A stretch of 63,342 nucleotides of DNA, counting the filler. It is 4 parts of 4 records of this genome, joined end to end, with 100 filler letters (N's around TTAATTAATTAA, not from the genome) between each part and the next. Parts side by side here need not be neighbours in the genome. Positions count along the whole stretch, not along the records: positions 10,280 to 41,121 come from SRR20825006_2992; 3 more parts are not named here. One strand, written 5' to 3'. The notes below the pieces were generated by a model. The model did not search any database and was not told the origin of the DNA. It saw nothing but the letters and a program-made list of their open reading frames with translations. Numbering within the stretch: position 1 is the stretch's first letter; each line of letters opens with the position of its first letter. The translations under genes were made by a program, and so were the position numbers. Of this stretch, positions 19,712 to 30,154 are shown one piece after another.

Positions 19712-20605
19712 ATGCAGGTACATTTTATAGGTTTGGGCGAGGTAGAAATGTTTAATGTGGCCTTAGCTCTTCATAAGAAGGGAGATACGGTAACCGGAAG
19801 TGATGAACTTTTTGATGAATCGTTGAAGGTCGTTATGCGAGACCAAGGATTGATGTTGGATGAGATAGGTTGGTTTTCAAATAGGGTCAATTCACAATTG
19901 GATTTCGTTGTTTTAGGTGCTAATGTTACAAGCGACAACCCGGAATTGGAAAAGGCCAAGGAACTAGGTTTGCGATTGGTTTCTTACCCTGCATTCCTAT
20001 ACGAGCTGGTTAAATTGAAAACACGTGTTGTGATAGCCGGCAGCCAGAGAAGATCCGAGGTCGTTTCAATGATTTTACATGTATTGGACTATAACAATAT
20101 TGAGGTCGATTATGTGCTTTCTTCTCCAAATGGAATCCATTTAACCGAAGAAAATGATTTTATTGTCATCGAAGGTGGTGATGGGCCATCATCTGTTATT
20201 GACGTTGCACCACAGTTTCACAACTATCAGCCAAATATTGCTTTATTGACCGATATTGAGTTTAAAGAAGGAAGTTTTTATTCCGATTTTGAAACCTATG
20301 CGGAACAATACGGGATTTTTGTAAATAGTATTGTAAAGGGAGGGAGTATTACCTATAATGATGAAGATGTCGAAGTAAAAAGAAGAGTGGAGTCATCGGA
20401 AAACCCTATAAGAAAGTTCCCTTACGTAACCCCTGCGTATCAACAAAATGGCGGACAAATATTTTTGGATACGCCAGATGGGGAAATGCCATTGGAAATA
20501 TCCGATGAAACAGCTTTGAGCAATTTGGCGGGAGCCAAATGGGTTTGCCAACAAATGGGAGTGGACGAAGTGGAGTTTTATGAGGCGATGGCCACTTACA
20601 AATAG
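19712..20605 (+). CDS. degenerate, C-terminally short Mpl/MurC-like Mur ligase homolog
   Basis: VHFIG..ALALH.KG..VTGSD, NPELE.A, RVVIAGS; P-loop reads SQRRS; 297 aa. Confidence 0.8.
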   Translation: MQVHFIGLGEVEMFNVALALHKKGDTVTGSDELFDESLKVVMRDQGLMLDEIGWFSNRVNSQLDFVVLGANVTSDNPELEKAKELGLRLVSYPAFLYELVKLKTRVVIAGSQRRSEVVSMILHVLDYNNIEVDYVLSSPNGIHLTEENDFIVIEGGDGPSSVIDVAPQFHNYQPNIALLTDIEFKEGSFYSDFETYAEQYGIFVNSIVKGGSITYNDEDVEVKRRVESSENPIRKFPYVTPAYQQNGGQIFLDTPDGEMPLEISDETALSNLAGAKWVCQQMGVDEVEFYEAMATYK

Positions 20606-20615
20606 TCTGTATGCT

Positions 20616-22259
20616 TCAAAAGTTTGGATTCAGTGCTGAGATTTCTTTTTTTATTCGTGTAGCAACTTTGAATTTCCCTAATTTTTTGTTGATGTCAATA
20701 AGTTGGGCATAAGGAAGTAACCAATGCTTTAATTCATAGCTTTTTTCGAAACAATCACGAGCTTTTTGGAGTTTTCCTAGGCCTAAAAAACATTGGCCTT
20801 TTGCGAAGAGGAGCCACTCCTTATTTTGTTTTGATCGTAAAAGGGCACTATATTTCTTCAAGCACCGATAGGCAAAGGCGTAAGCGTCGATGTTTATGAG
20901 ATTTTCCACGATCTTTTCGTATGGTACGGTCTCTGGGTTTGCTTTTAGATCAATGAGTTTATTTAGATGCTCCAGAGCTATTGAGGTTTTTTTAAGGACG
21001 GCATTCGCATATATCAGGATTAAGTAGATATCCTGCAAATAATCTTCAAATTCTTCATCTTCTTGGTATTTGGTTGTACTCAGAATAAGTTCTCCCCAAT
21101 ATGCCGCTATTTCGTAATCTTTGTGTGTATGGTGTATTTCCTCCAAAAATAAAACAGCTTCATCCACAGAGTCTACCATTTCCAATACTGCTTTGTGGCT
21201 TTTTGATTTAAGGAGACAAAGGCACATCGGTCTAAGGTATGGACTCTCCAGTTCATCGCTAGGGTATACAGGGTCTTTCAAAGCCATAGCTGCTTCAAAA
21301 CAATTCAATGCCCTTTGATGATTACCTAATTCAAAAAAAGCTTTGCCTTGCTGACATAAATTTTTTTTTCTTCCAGCCTCATCAAGATTTGGCAGTGATT
21401 GTACCAAAAAATGTAGAGCAATCTGAATATCTTTATAGTGTACATCATTCAAGAAATAGTCAATGCTTTGCTCTACGATTTCTCTATGAATATTTTGTTC
21501 CAATATCCTTTTCAATAAGATTTTGACCGGGCTTTTATCCTTTAAATTATTGAATTGGCGGACAAAGTCCATCAATTCTTCAACATTCTTGGGTAGAAAA
21601 GAGTGGATTTTCTCATCGGCATAAAGTTCCTGCATAGTTTGGTTATTTTTGTATGCGGTTAAAATGGCCTGGTCTAACCAATATTTAAACCAATCTCCAA
21701 AAGAGTTGGCGACCCATTTAAAGCCTTCTTCGCTCACCAAACGGTTGAGCCATATTTCACCTTTGTTTGTTCCTTTTACAACCAGAAAATAATATGTTCC
21801 ACAGCCATTGTCGGCAATTGGGAGTTGTCCATGGTCAGCACCTTGAAGTAGATGGTCCACTTGCAAATTATCTTTTAGACGAGCTTTGTTGATTTTATCG
21901 CCGTACGTGTCATAGGTGTCTTTTGTAGGGTCAAAAAGAATCAATTCGTTGTACTCCAAAGGGTTTATCCAAGGTAAATGTAATTTGGGGTGTATATTTT
22001 TAATGTTAAGGGGCAAAATCCCATTTCCTGGACCAACACCCCCGTTGCAAATGCTCAACAAAAAATTACGATATGTTTTTGGTAGTTCAATACGATGCTT
22101 TTTTTCAAAAGCTGTAATATCTGTTTCAGAAAATGGAAGGTATAGATGCTTTTTAAAGTGTTTGCCTTCGTTCAAGAACCTGTGGTCCAAATCCCAAAGC
22201 TTTTCTAGTTTTTTCTTGATATGATTCACCTTACTATATGTTGTTTTGAAATATTTCAA
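20616..22259 (-). CDS. SMI1/KNR4 (SUKH) domain protein with C-terminal TPRs
   Basis: SETDITAFEKKHRIELPKTYRNFL..NGG.GP, GCG.Y..LVV.G...GEIW, F.DW..YW; TPR-like helices after residue ~290; AT-rich. Confidence 0.85.
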   Translation of the reverse strand: MKYFKTTYSKVNHIKKKLEKLWDLDHRFLNEGKHFKKHLYLPFSETDITAFEKKHRIELPKTYRNFLLSICNGGVGPGNGILPLNIKNIHPKLHLPWINPLEYNELILFDPTKDTYDTYGDKINKARLKDNLQVDHLLQGADHGQLPIADNGCGTYYFLVVKGTNKGEIWLNRLVSEEGFKWVANSFGDWFKYWLDQAILTAYKNNQTMQELYADEKIHSFLPKNVEELMDFVRQFNNLKDKSPVKILLKRILEQNIHREIVEQSIDYFLNDVHYKDIQIALHFLVQSLPNLDEAGRKKNLCQQGKAFFELGNHQRALNCFEAAMALKDPVYPSDELESPYLRPMCLCLLKSKSHKAVLEMVDSVDEAVLFLEEIHHTHKDYEIAAYWGELILSTTKYQEDEEFEDYLQDIYLILIYANAVLKKTSIALEHLNKLIDLKANPETVPYEKIVENLINIDAYAFAYRCLKKYSALLRSKQNKEWLLFAKGQCFLGLGKLQKARDCFEKSYELKHWLLPYAQLIDINKKLGKFKVATRIKKEISALNPNF

Positions 22260-22355
22260 GCTAAATATATGCAGTGCGCCAATGAGATTTTAAACAGATT
22301 GACGAATGCCCGTTTTGAATTGACGGAGAGGATGAAATCGATAAAGAAGAGGTGG

Positions 22356-22384
22356 TTTATGAGGCGATCGCTACATTTAAGTAG
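22356..22384 (+). repeat. second copy of the 3' end of the Mur-like gene
   Basis: TTTATGAGGCGAT is identical at 20577 and 22356; the copies encode YEAMATYK* and YEAIATFK*. Confidence 0.8.
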
Positions 22385-22468
22385 CTTCAAATCCAACATT
22401 TAAAAGGATTGGAAAATGTAATTTTGTCAGTTACGGGTTAAAGGAATGGTAATTGATTGATATTCTGA

Positions 22469-22642
22469 ATGAAACGGCTCCTTCACAATATCTCATTTTA
22501 CTTAAGACGATTTGTGTCTGTTTCGTTTTTTGCATTTATGTTGGGTATATCCAACGTTTTTCTACAAGAAGACCGAATGATAAATGATTCAAGGAAAAAA
22601 GTAGAACAGCACGAGGTTCAGGATGAAGACGATTCACTCTGA
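22469..22642 (+). CDS. 57-aa small membrane protein (below ORF-track cutoff)
   Basis: MKRLLHNISFYLRRFVSVSFFAFMLGISNVFLQEDRMINDSRKKVEQHEVQDEDDSL; one hydrophobic segment and an acidic tail. Confidence 0.55.
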   Translation: MKRLLHNISFYLRRFVSVSFFAFMLGISNVFLQEDRMINDSRKKVEQHEVQDEDDSL

Positions 22643-22655
22643 CTATCTCCCTACA

Positions 22656-23108
22656 TCAAACATTGAATTGCCTTAAATGGTGGTCCAAGTGCTTATATTG
22701 CATTTGTCCCCATTGTTCGGGTGTAAAAGACCCAAAAACTGGGTGTGGGTCCCACTCTTTTTTATCTTTTTCATTATGAAAATCGTTCACCAGGCCAAGT
22801 AAGATATCCTTTTCTTTTGTAAAATCTTTGTCCTCCACAACCTTCAAACCTTTGGCAGTGGGCAAACCTTGGCGCCATGGTTTATCGTTGTACAAGCTTT
22901 TTTTAAAAAATTTCCCCACAAGTTTGAGCATAAAATTGGCATTGCCATCCGATTTGTGCCGTTTCAAGGATATTTTTAATGGAAATTGGCAATGGTGAAG
23001 CATTTGGCCAACTTTCATTTTGCCCCATTGCCTTTCCGAAGATTCTGAAAGTTGATGGATACGTGCAATAATTTCTTCGTGCGCCTCAGTATTGAAAAGG
23101 GATTTCAT
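22656..23108 (-). CDS. DUF1569 (DinB-like) protein
   Basis: WGKM.VGQML.HC, HPVFG..T.EQWG...YKHLDHHLRQF. Confidence 0.9.
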   Translation of the reverse strand: MKSLFNTEAHEEIIARIHQLSESSERQWGKMKVGQMLHHCQFPLKISLKRHKSDGNANFMLKLVGKFFKKSLYNDKPWRQGLPTAKGLKVVEDKDFTKEKDILLGLVNDFHNEKDKKEWDPHPVFGSFTPEQWGQMQYKHLDHHLRQFNV

Positions 23109-23161
23109 TATGAAGGATTTATATTGAAAATTACATAAAATTATTCTCCTATCTTTAGCGC

Positions 23162-23860
23162 ATGCAAGAAAAACAAGCTTCCTTTTCTATAAAAAACTGG
23201 GCCGATGATGATAGGCCAAGAGAAAAGTTAGTACAAAAAGGGAGTTTTGTACTTTCGGATGCCGAACTGATTGCTATTTTAATTGGATCAGGAAGTAGGA
23301 ACGAGAGCGCAGTGGAACTTTCCAAACGGATATTGGCTTCTGTGGACAATAACCTCAATGAGCTCGGAAAGTTATCGGTAAACCAGTTGATGCGCTTTAA
23401 AGGAATTGGCGAGGCCAAGGCCGTAACAATTGCCGCAGCATTGGAGATGGGTAGGCGCAGACGATCGGAGGATACTTCCAAAATAATCAAAATACAGAGC
23501 AGTCACGATGCTTTTGAGTTGCTATACCCACTGATTGGCGAACTTCCGCACGAGGAGTTCTGGATTGTTTACCTGAACAATTCAAACAAAGTTGTCCATA
23601 AAGCACAGCTGAGCAAAGGGGGCATTACAGGAACTTTGGTAGATGTTAGGCTTGTCCTAAAACAAGCATTGGAGCTTGGGGCTGTGGGTATTATTTTGGC
23701 ACACAACCACCCTTCAGGGACATTGGCACCAAGTGCTGCGGACAAACAAATAACAAAAAAATTGAAAGTGGCATCAGAAGCTCTGGATATAAAAATATTG
23801 GATCATTTAATCTTGGCCCAACACCAATATTTGAGCTTTGCCGATAAAGGAATACTGTAG
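23162..23860 (+). CDS. radC: RadC/JAB domain protein
   Basis: RPREKL, LSDAELIAIL, HhH, AHNHPSG..PS.AD, LDHLI. Confidence 0.95.
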   Translation: MQEKQASFSIKNWADDDRPREKLVQKGSFVLSDAELIAILIGSGSRNESAVELSKRILASVDNNLNELGKLSVNQLMRFKGIGEAKAVTIAAALEMGRRRRSEDTSKIIKIQSSHDAFELLYPLIGELPHEEFWIVYLNNSNKVVHKAQLSKGGITGTLVDVRLVLKQALELGAVGIILAHNHPSGTLAPSAADKQITKKLKVASEALDIKILDHLILAQHQYLSFADKGIL

Positions 23861-23863
23861 TCC

Positions 23864-25159
23864 ATGTTGTTGATTTTTACACATAAGGTAACCAATCGAT
23901 TGACCTATACGGCCAAACAGATTTTTGAAAAAATCTTGGGCGTGGAGATGGGTTTTACAACAAAGGTCGAGGAGTTCATCAAACATAATGGGCCTAAAAT
24001 GACGTATTCCAAACAACCACTGCAGAACGAATTCTTTATTCGAAGCAATGATCTTTTGTTTGAGCAAGGCATCAATGATTTAGAGGTGAGGGTATCAGAT
24101 TGGGACGGGCTTCCCTGTTTTTTTTCAGCTGGGGATAAAAGCACTGTTCCCTTTGATATTTTTTCGGCAAGTTTCTTTCTTTTGAGCAGGTACGAAGAAT
24201 ATTTGCCCCATGTTAAGGACAGTGTGGGCAGGTTCCCTGTGAAGGAAAGTATAGCTTATCAGAATGACTTTTTGGAGCTTCCCGTGGTAGACCTTTGGGC
24301 CTACAAATTATTGGAGGCCTTAAAGGATAGGTTCCCGGATTTGGAAAATAAGGAAAAGGACTATCGTTTTACCTCGATTATAAATGTTACAACTTCACAT
24401 GCGTATGCCATGAGAGGGATTGCCCGTAGTATAGGAGGGCTTTTATTGGATTTGGGGAATTTTAGGTTCAGGGATGTCTTGAATCGCTTTTCGGTGATGA
24501 TGAGACTCAAAAAAGACCCTTATGACAATTTTTTCGAGTTGGTGGATATCCATAAAAAGTTTCCCATTAAAACCATGTTCTTTTTTCAGTTTGCAAAGCA
24601 TTCGGCACACGATAAAAACGTATCCACCAATAATAACAAATTTCGCTATTTGATCAAATCCGTAGCTGATTATAGTATTGTTTCCTTGAGTACCTCGTTT
24701 ATATCATCTTATGACAAAAATGTGCTCCGGGAGGAAAAGAAACAATTGGGCAACTTAATCAATAGACCCATCAGCTATGCCCGGTTGCGTTATAATAAAG
24801 TAAATGTTCCCGCGACCTACAGGAATTTGGTGGAAACGGAGTTCACGGATGACTTTTCTATGGGCTACACCCACGAAATTGGTTTCAGGGCAGGTACTTG
24901 CACGCCTTTTTATTTTTACGACATCAATACAGAGGTGAGACAACCCATTAAGATCCATCCGTTTGCCATGCACGACTATGCTTTGGTAAAGTACAAGAGC
25001 AAGGAAGAAGTATACGAGAAAATGGATAAGGTATACCGATTGGTAAAACAGGTCAAGGGCGACTTTATTTTTGTATTCTCAAATGAGCTCTTGGGAGGAA
25101 AGCAGCATTTGGATTGGATGGAGCTGTATCAATCCCTTTTAAAGAGATACTATGTTTGA
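23864..25159 (+). CDS. polysaccharide deacetylase-like protein (Bacteroidetes)
   Basis: FDIFSASFFLLSRYEEY, D.SMGY...GFRAGTCTPF; typical radC neighbour. Confidence 0.75.
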   Translation: MLLIFTHKVTNRLTYTAKQIFEKILGVEMGFTTKVEEFIKHNGPKMTYSKQPLQNEFFIRSNDLLFEQGINDLEVRVSDWDGLPCFFSAGDKSTVPFDIFSASFFLLSRYEEYLPHVKDSVGRFPVKESIAYQNDFLELPVVDLWAYKLLEALKDRFPDLENKEKDYRFTSIINVTTSHAYAMRGIARSIGGLLLDLGNFRFRDVLNRFSVMMRLKKDPYDNFFELVDIHKKFPIKTMFFFQFAKHSAHDKNVSTNNNKFRYLIKSVADYSIVSLSTSFISSYDKNVLREEKKQLGNLINRPISYARLRYNKVNVPATYRNLVETEFTDDFSMGYTHEIGFRAGTCTPFYFYDINTEVRQPIKIHPFAMHDYALVKYKSKEEVYEKMDKVYRLVKQVKGDFIFVFSNELLGGKQHLDWMELYQSLLKRYYV

Positions 25160-25841
25160 TCATAAAGTAACCGATGTTTTTTTTGATTTGGACCACACTT
25201 TATGGGATTTTGAAAAAAACTCGGCATTGACCTTCGCCAAAATTTTGGTTGAAAATAAGCTCAACGTAGATTTGGACGACTTCTTAGAGGTTTATGCCCC
25301 CATCAACATGCAAATGTGGGCATTGTACCGGCAGAATGGAATTGGAAAGTCCGAGCTAAGGTACCAGCGTTTAAAACAAACATTTGATAGGCTCGGGGAA
25401 CATGTGCCAGACGAAATCATAGACGTATTGTCCCACGAATATATCGCCCACCTATCATCTTTCAACCATTTATTGCCCAATACCCTGGAAACTTTGGAAT
25501 ATCTTTTTCCAAAATACAAGTTGCACATTATAACCAATGGATTTCAGGAGGTACAGACCAAAAAGTTGAGAGGAAGTGGAATCCATCATTATTTTCAAAA
25601 AATAATTGATTCAGAAATGGCCGGTGTTAAAAAACCGGACCCCTACATTTTTCAAATGGCATTGGAACAGGCAAAGGTAAAGCCCCAGAACTCTTTGATG
25701 ATAGGGGATAATCTCGAAGCCGATATTTTAGGGGCAAAAGCCTTGGGGATGCAAGTGCTGCACTATAATTTTCACAAAGAATCCAATCATGGAGAATGCA
25801 CCATGATTCACGACCTTATTGAAATAAAAAACATTTTATAG
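25152..25841 (+). CDS. YjjG family HAD nucleotidase
   Basis: FFDLDHTLWDF, ITNG, KKP, MIGDNLEADILGA. Confidence 0.9.
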   Translation: MFDHKVTDVFFDLDHTLWDFEKNSALTFAKILVENKLNVDLDDFLEVYAPINMQMWALYRQNGIGKSELRYQRLKQTFDRLGEHVPDEIIDVLSHEYIAHLSSFNHLLPNTLETLEYLFPKYKLHIITNGFQEVQTKKLRGSGIHHYFQKIIDSEMAGVKKPDPYIFQMALEQAKVKPQNSLMIGDNLEADILGAKALGMQVLHYNFHKESNHGECTMIHDLIEIKNIL

Positions 25842-25883
25842 AGTTATATTACAAGTGGCAAACCCCACTTTTGACACTGGGAA

Positions 25884-26447
25884 ATGTTTTTGGCTATGAG
25901 AAAATTACTGTATTCCACTCTCTGGATCACAGGTTTATTGTGTTGCACCATATCCTGTATGGAAGAGCAAGATTTTGATCAGTTTGATGATTTAAGGGTG
26001 ACCCCGACCTTGTCCTCAGGGATTTTTTATTTGGAATCCGATGAGGAGACCATAAATTTAGCAGGGCCATTGGGCTCTTTTTATTTTCAAGAGGTCACTT
26101 TTGAAGCGTTTAACGAGCAGTATGTAGCAGAGCGTTTAATCGAAGGCACAATAACCTATCAAATACAAAACACCACAAGCAAAAGGCTTCGCATAGTCAT
26201 TGAATTTTTGAATGAAGATGGAAGGGTGTTGGATGTCGCGAGGTTTGATATCGAGGCCAATAGTCCGGATATTGTGGAGTATCCAGTCTTTTATGGGGCA
26301 GGAGGCAAGAACATAAATATATTATCCAGTACAAAAAGTCTTCGGGTTATAGCGGATAATCTAAGTGTTGGTTCAAGTGTTTCTGCAAATCCTGATGCAA
26401 GGATTATATTTCGCTCTGGAGCTGAATTTTTATTTCAACTACAATGA
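25884..26447 (+). CDS. hypothetical lipoprotein
   Basis: ISC lipobox; overlaps the start of the next gene. Confidence 0.7.
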   Translation: MFLAMRKLLYSTLWITGLLCCTISCMEEQDFDQFDDLRVTPTLSSGIFYLESDEETINLAGPLGSFYFQEVTFEAFNEQYVAERLIEGTITYQIQNTTSKRLRIVIEFLNEDGRVLDVARFDIEANSPDIVEYPVFYGAGGKNINILSSTKSLRVIADNLSVGSSVSANPDARIIFRSGAEFLFQLQ

Positions 26448-27907
26448 GTATGGCCCTAAGATTTATCCTGATAACACTTTTTGTATACGCCACCGGATTT
26501 GCCCAGAACAAGGAGGTATTGTACGATTTTTATGAGATTCCCCAATCTTTGATGGTCAATCCAGGAGTCAAGACCTCGCAGAAATGGCATGCAGGTATTC
26601 CTGTTTTGTCAGGTCTGTCCGTGCAAGGGGCCACCAGTGGAGTTACCGTGAACGACCTTTTTGCAAATGATGGGGTGGACTTTACCACCAAGGTGCAAGA
26701 GCGATTGTTGTCGGTTATGACCGATAGAGATGATTTTAGCACTACAAGTCAGATAGAGGCATTTACTGTAGGGTTCAGGGGCAAAAACAGACCGGATGAT
26801 TACTATTCCTTTGGAATGTATGGCGAAATGGACATTATTTCCTACTGGCCCAAGGACTTGGCCATTTTGGCTTTTGAAGGTAATGGAGGAGCAAATTTGG
26901 GTAGAAGTTTTGATTTAGGCGACCTAAATCTTCGTGGTGAAATGGTCAATGTGCTTCATTTTGGCATCAATAGAAAAGTAAATGAGAATCTTACGATTGG
27001 AGGAAGAGCCAAAATATATTCCAGTATTTTTCAGTTTCAATCCATAAACAATTCAGGGTCATTTGTTACAAGGGAAGGACAGAACAATGTCTACGAAAGT
27101 GCCATCAGTGCAGATATGCAGTTACAAACGGCCGGTGTAAAAGGTTTTTATGATATCATCGAAGAGGATACGGGAACTACGAAAAAGGATGTAAAAAGCC
27201 TGTTTACGGAAAGGACGCTGTTGGGCGGAAACCTGGGTTTTGGTGTTGATGTTGGTTTTAGTTATAATTTAAATCTGCAGACGACCATTACAGCTAGTGT
27301 TTTGGATCTTGGATTTATCAGTAACTCAAAAGATGTTTGGAACTATGTTTTTGCAGGTAGCACCACTACAGACGGTATATCTATTGTGCTTCCAGAGGAT
27401 ATCGACGACGTGGACAATGACAAATGGCAAGAACTAATAGATGAAATCGATGCGGCATTGCCACACGGTGAAAACCAGGCCAGCTATATCTCTTGGAGGC
27501 CAGTGAAGGTTTACGGTTCCGTTAGATACGATTTTGGACAGGGCGGAACCGGCAGAATTTTTGATAATTGCGGTTGCGCCGTTAACAGCGGCGGAATGTC
27601 AAGTACTTCCGACTATTACCGCAACAGTGTCGGCGGACAATTGTTCATGATAAAAAGACCAAAGGGGGTCCAAGCTGCATTGACCGGTTTTTATCAAAGA
27701 CGTTTTGGTCGTGTACTTTCATTAAAAGGTACGTATACCGTGGATAAATATTCCTTTACAAATATAGGTTTGGGCGCAAATTTTCAGATGGGTCCCGTAA
27801 ACTTTTATGTGCTGGCGGACAATCTTCTAAGCTACTCCAATATTGCGGACAGCCACTATGCTTCTTTACAGTTCGGATTTAATATTATATCTTGGAACGG
27901 TAATTGA
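26444..27907 (+). CDS. DUF5723-like outer-membrane beta-barrel protein
   Basis: Signal peptide, PQSLMVNP, G.D.GF.Y, ASVLDLGFI, terminal LQFGFN strand. Confidence 0.75.
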   Translation: MSMALRFILITLFVYATGFAQNKEVLYDFYEIPQSLMVNPGVKTSQKWHAGIPVLSGLSVQGATSGVTVNDLFANDGVDFTTKVQERLLSVMTDRDDFSTTSQIEAFTVGFRGKNRPDDYYSFGMYGEMDIISYWPKDLAILAFEGNGGANLGRSFDLGDLNLRGEMVNVLHFGINRKVNENLTIGGRAKIYSSIFQFQSINNSGSFVTREGQNNVYESAISADMQLQTAGVKGFYDIIEEDTGTTKKDVKSLFTERTLLGGNLGFGVDVGFSYNLNLQTTITASVLDLGFISNSKDVWNYVFAGSTTTDGISIVLPEDIDDVDNDKWQELIDEIDAALPHGENQASYISWRPVKVYGSVRYDFGQGGTGRIFDNCGCAVNSGGMSSTSDYYRNSVGGQLFMIKRPKGVQAALTGFYQRRFGRVLSLKGTYTVDKYSFTNIGLGANFQMGPVNFYVLADNLLSYSNIADSHYASLQFGFNIISWNGN

Positions 27908-27920
27908 GTATCTTTGATAT

Positions 27921-28760
27921 ATGAAACATAAAGTATTGTACATATTGCTTTTTGCAATGGGATTGAACACAGTGGTAAATGCTCAGTTGAACGATTACAA
28001 ATATATCATTGTGCCCAAGAAGTTTGATGCATTTAAATCGGTGAATGAATACCAGACCAGCACTTTGGTCAAATATTTTTTTGAACAAAATGGCTTTAAT
28101 CCCGTTTATGATGATGCACTCCCAATGGATTTGGCAGGCAACAGGTGTTTGGGGCTATTGGCCAATTTGGAGGATGGTTCCAATATGTTTACCACAAAAG
28201 TTACAATCACCCTAAAGGATTGTAACAATGTTGAAATATTTAGGTCTGTTGAAGGAATTAGCAAGATCAAGGAATACGATAAGGCATACAAAGATGCTAT
28301 TCAAAAAGCATTTATCTCTTTTGCTGGAATGGATTACAGCTATGTGCCGCATGAGCAGGAGAAAAAAGAATCAGCGACGGTTACCCTCAATTTTAAGGAC
28401 GATGTAAAATCAGTTCAAGAAGATTCAAAGGAGCATATTATTGAGCAAAAATCGACTACAGAGGAGCAAGTTTACAAAGCTGTGGAACCGAAACCATCAT
28501 CTATTGTAAGAGCCGCCGAAAAGCAATCGTCTGAGTTGCCAACCGAGGTTTTGTATGCACAGCCGACCGATTTTGGCTATCAACTCGTGGATAGCACACC
28601 AAAGGTTGTGTTGAAGTTGCAGGAAACTTCCATGGACAACGTATTTATGACCGATTTTAATGGCAACAATGCAGTAGTCTTCCAAAAGGATGGCAAGTGG
28701 TTGTTGGAGTATTCTGAAAACGGCGAAAAAGTTCAGAAAGAACTAGATATCAAGTTCTAG
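27921..28760 (+). CDS. secreted hypothetical protein
   Basis: Signal peptide, YKYIIVP.KFD, LYAQP...GYQLVDSTPKVV. Confidence 0.75.
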   Translation: MKHKVLYILLFAMGLNTVVNAQLNDYKYIIVPKKFDAFKSVNEYQTSTLVKYFFEQNGFNPVYDDALPMDLAGNRCLGLLANLEDGSNMFTTKVTITLKDCNNVEIFRSVEGISKIKEYDKAYKDAIQKAFISFAGMDYSYVPHEQEKKESATVTLNFKDDVKSVQEDSKEHIIEQKSTTEEQVYKAVEPKPSSIVRAAEKQSSELPTEVLYAQPTDFGYQLVDSTPKVVLKLQETSMDNVFMTDFNGNNAVVFQKDGKWLLEYSENGEKVQKELDIKF

Positions 28761-30034
28761 AAATCATACTTGTTCTTCCATCTTTTTTTTAGGAAATCCT
28801 TCATGGCATTTTCTCTCGGGTTGTTCCCAGGTCTATAGAAAGAGGTACCTGAAATTTCTTCCGGGAGAAATTCAAAATCCACAAAATTGTTTTCGTAGTC
28901 ATGCGCGTATGCATATCCTTTTCCATAGCCCAGGTCTTTCATTAATTTAGTTGGAGCATTCCTTAAAGGAATAGGCACAGATAGATCCCCGGTCTGACGA
29001 ACTTTTTGTTGCGCTTCGTTAATGGCCATGTAGCTGGCATTGCTTTTGGGCGAACTGGCTAAATAAGTAGCGCATTGGCTCAAAATTATCCTGGCCTCTG
29101 GGTATCCTATCGTTGTTACGGATTGGAAAGTGGTATTGGCCATTACAAGTGCAGTAGGATTGGCGTTTCCTATATCTTCGGATGCCAATATGATCATTCT
29201 ACGGGCAATGAATTTTACATCTTCGCCTCCTTCAATCATACGGGCCAACCAATAAACAGCGGCGTTTGGGTCGCTTCCACGAACACTTTTAATAAAGGCT
29301 GAAACAATATCGTAATGTTGTTCCCCGGTTTTATCATACCGAACCGTGTTGCTTTGGACCTTGTTAAGTACCAGCTCATTGGTGATTACAATTTTTTCAC
29401 TTGGTTCGGAATTAACGATTAGCTCAAAGATATTGAGCAATTTGCGGCCATCTCCTCCCGATAAGCGCAGCAGGGCATCCGTTTCTTTAAGTTCAATGTC
29501 TTTTTTGGAAAGCAAGGTGTCGGTCTCGATGGCGCGCTCCAAGAGTGCTACAAGGTCGTCTTTTCCAAAGGAATTCAAAGTATAGACTTGGCAGCGCGAC
29601 AAAAGTGCAGGAATTACCTCAAAACTCGGGTTCTCGGTAGTTGCACCAACAAGTGTCACCCAACCTTTTTCCACCGCAGCGAGCAAAGAATCCTGCTGTG
29701 ACTTGCTAAATCGGTGAATCTCGTCAATAAAAAGAATGGGGTTTTTAGATGTAAACAGGCCACCACTTTGTTTGGCTTTGTCAATCACCTCTCGGACATC
29801 TTTTACGCCGCTACTAATTGCACTCAAAGTATAAAATGGCCTTTGGCTTTCCGTTGCGATTATATTGGCCAAGGTGGTTTTTCCTGTTCCGGGCGGGCCC
29901 CAAAAAATCAATGAGGGGATTACTCCACTTTTAATTTGATTGGTCAAAGCGCCCTGCTTCCCCACCAAATGTTGCTGACTGATATAATCCTCTAAAGTTT
30001 TCGGACGTATGCGTTCTGCCAAAGGTTCGTTCAT
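28757..30034 (-). CDS. rarA: replication-associated recombination protein A
   Basis: [39 protein letters not shown]. Confidence 0.97.
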   Translation of the reverse strand: MNEPLAERIRPKTLEDYISQQHLVGKQGALTNQIKSGVIPSLIFWGPPGTGKTTLANIIATESQRPFYTLSAISSGVKDVREVIDKAKQSGGLFTSKNPILFIDEIHRFSKSQQDSLLAAVEKGWVTLVGATTENPSFEVIPALLSRCQVYTLNSFGKDDLVALLERAIETDTLLSKKDIELKETDALLRLSGGDGRKLLNIFELIVNSEPSEKIVITNELVLNKVQSNTVRYDKTGEQHYDIVSAFIKSVRGSDPNAAVYWLARMIEGGEDVKFIARRMIILASEDIGNANPTALVMANTTFQSVTTIGYPEARIILSQCATYLASSPKSNASYMAINEAQQKVRQTGDLSVPIPLRNAPTKLMKDLGYGKGYAYAHDYENNFVDFEFLPEEISGTSFYRPGNNPRENAMKDFLKKRWKNKYDF

Positions 30035-30154
30035 ACATCAAAAATAAAATAAATTTGATGGTCCGTTGTTCTTAAAAGAGGAAGGATTTTCATCTGCCAC
30101 CTGACAATTTGTATAATTTTAATGTTATGGCGGGATGTTTGATTTTGTGACCGT

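Noticed and set aside
23162-23860. radC as a mobile-element marker
   Set aside because: Full-length HhH-containing form in a housekeeping context.
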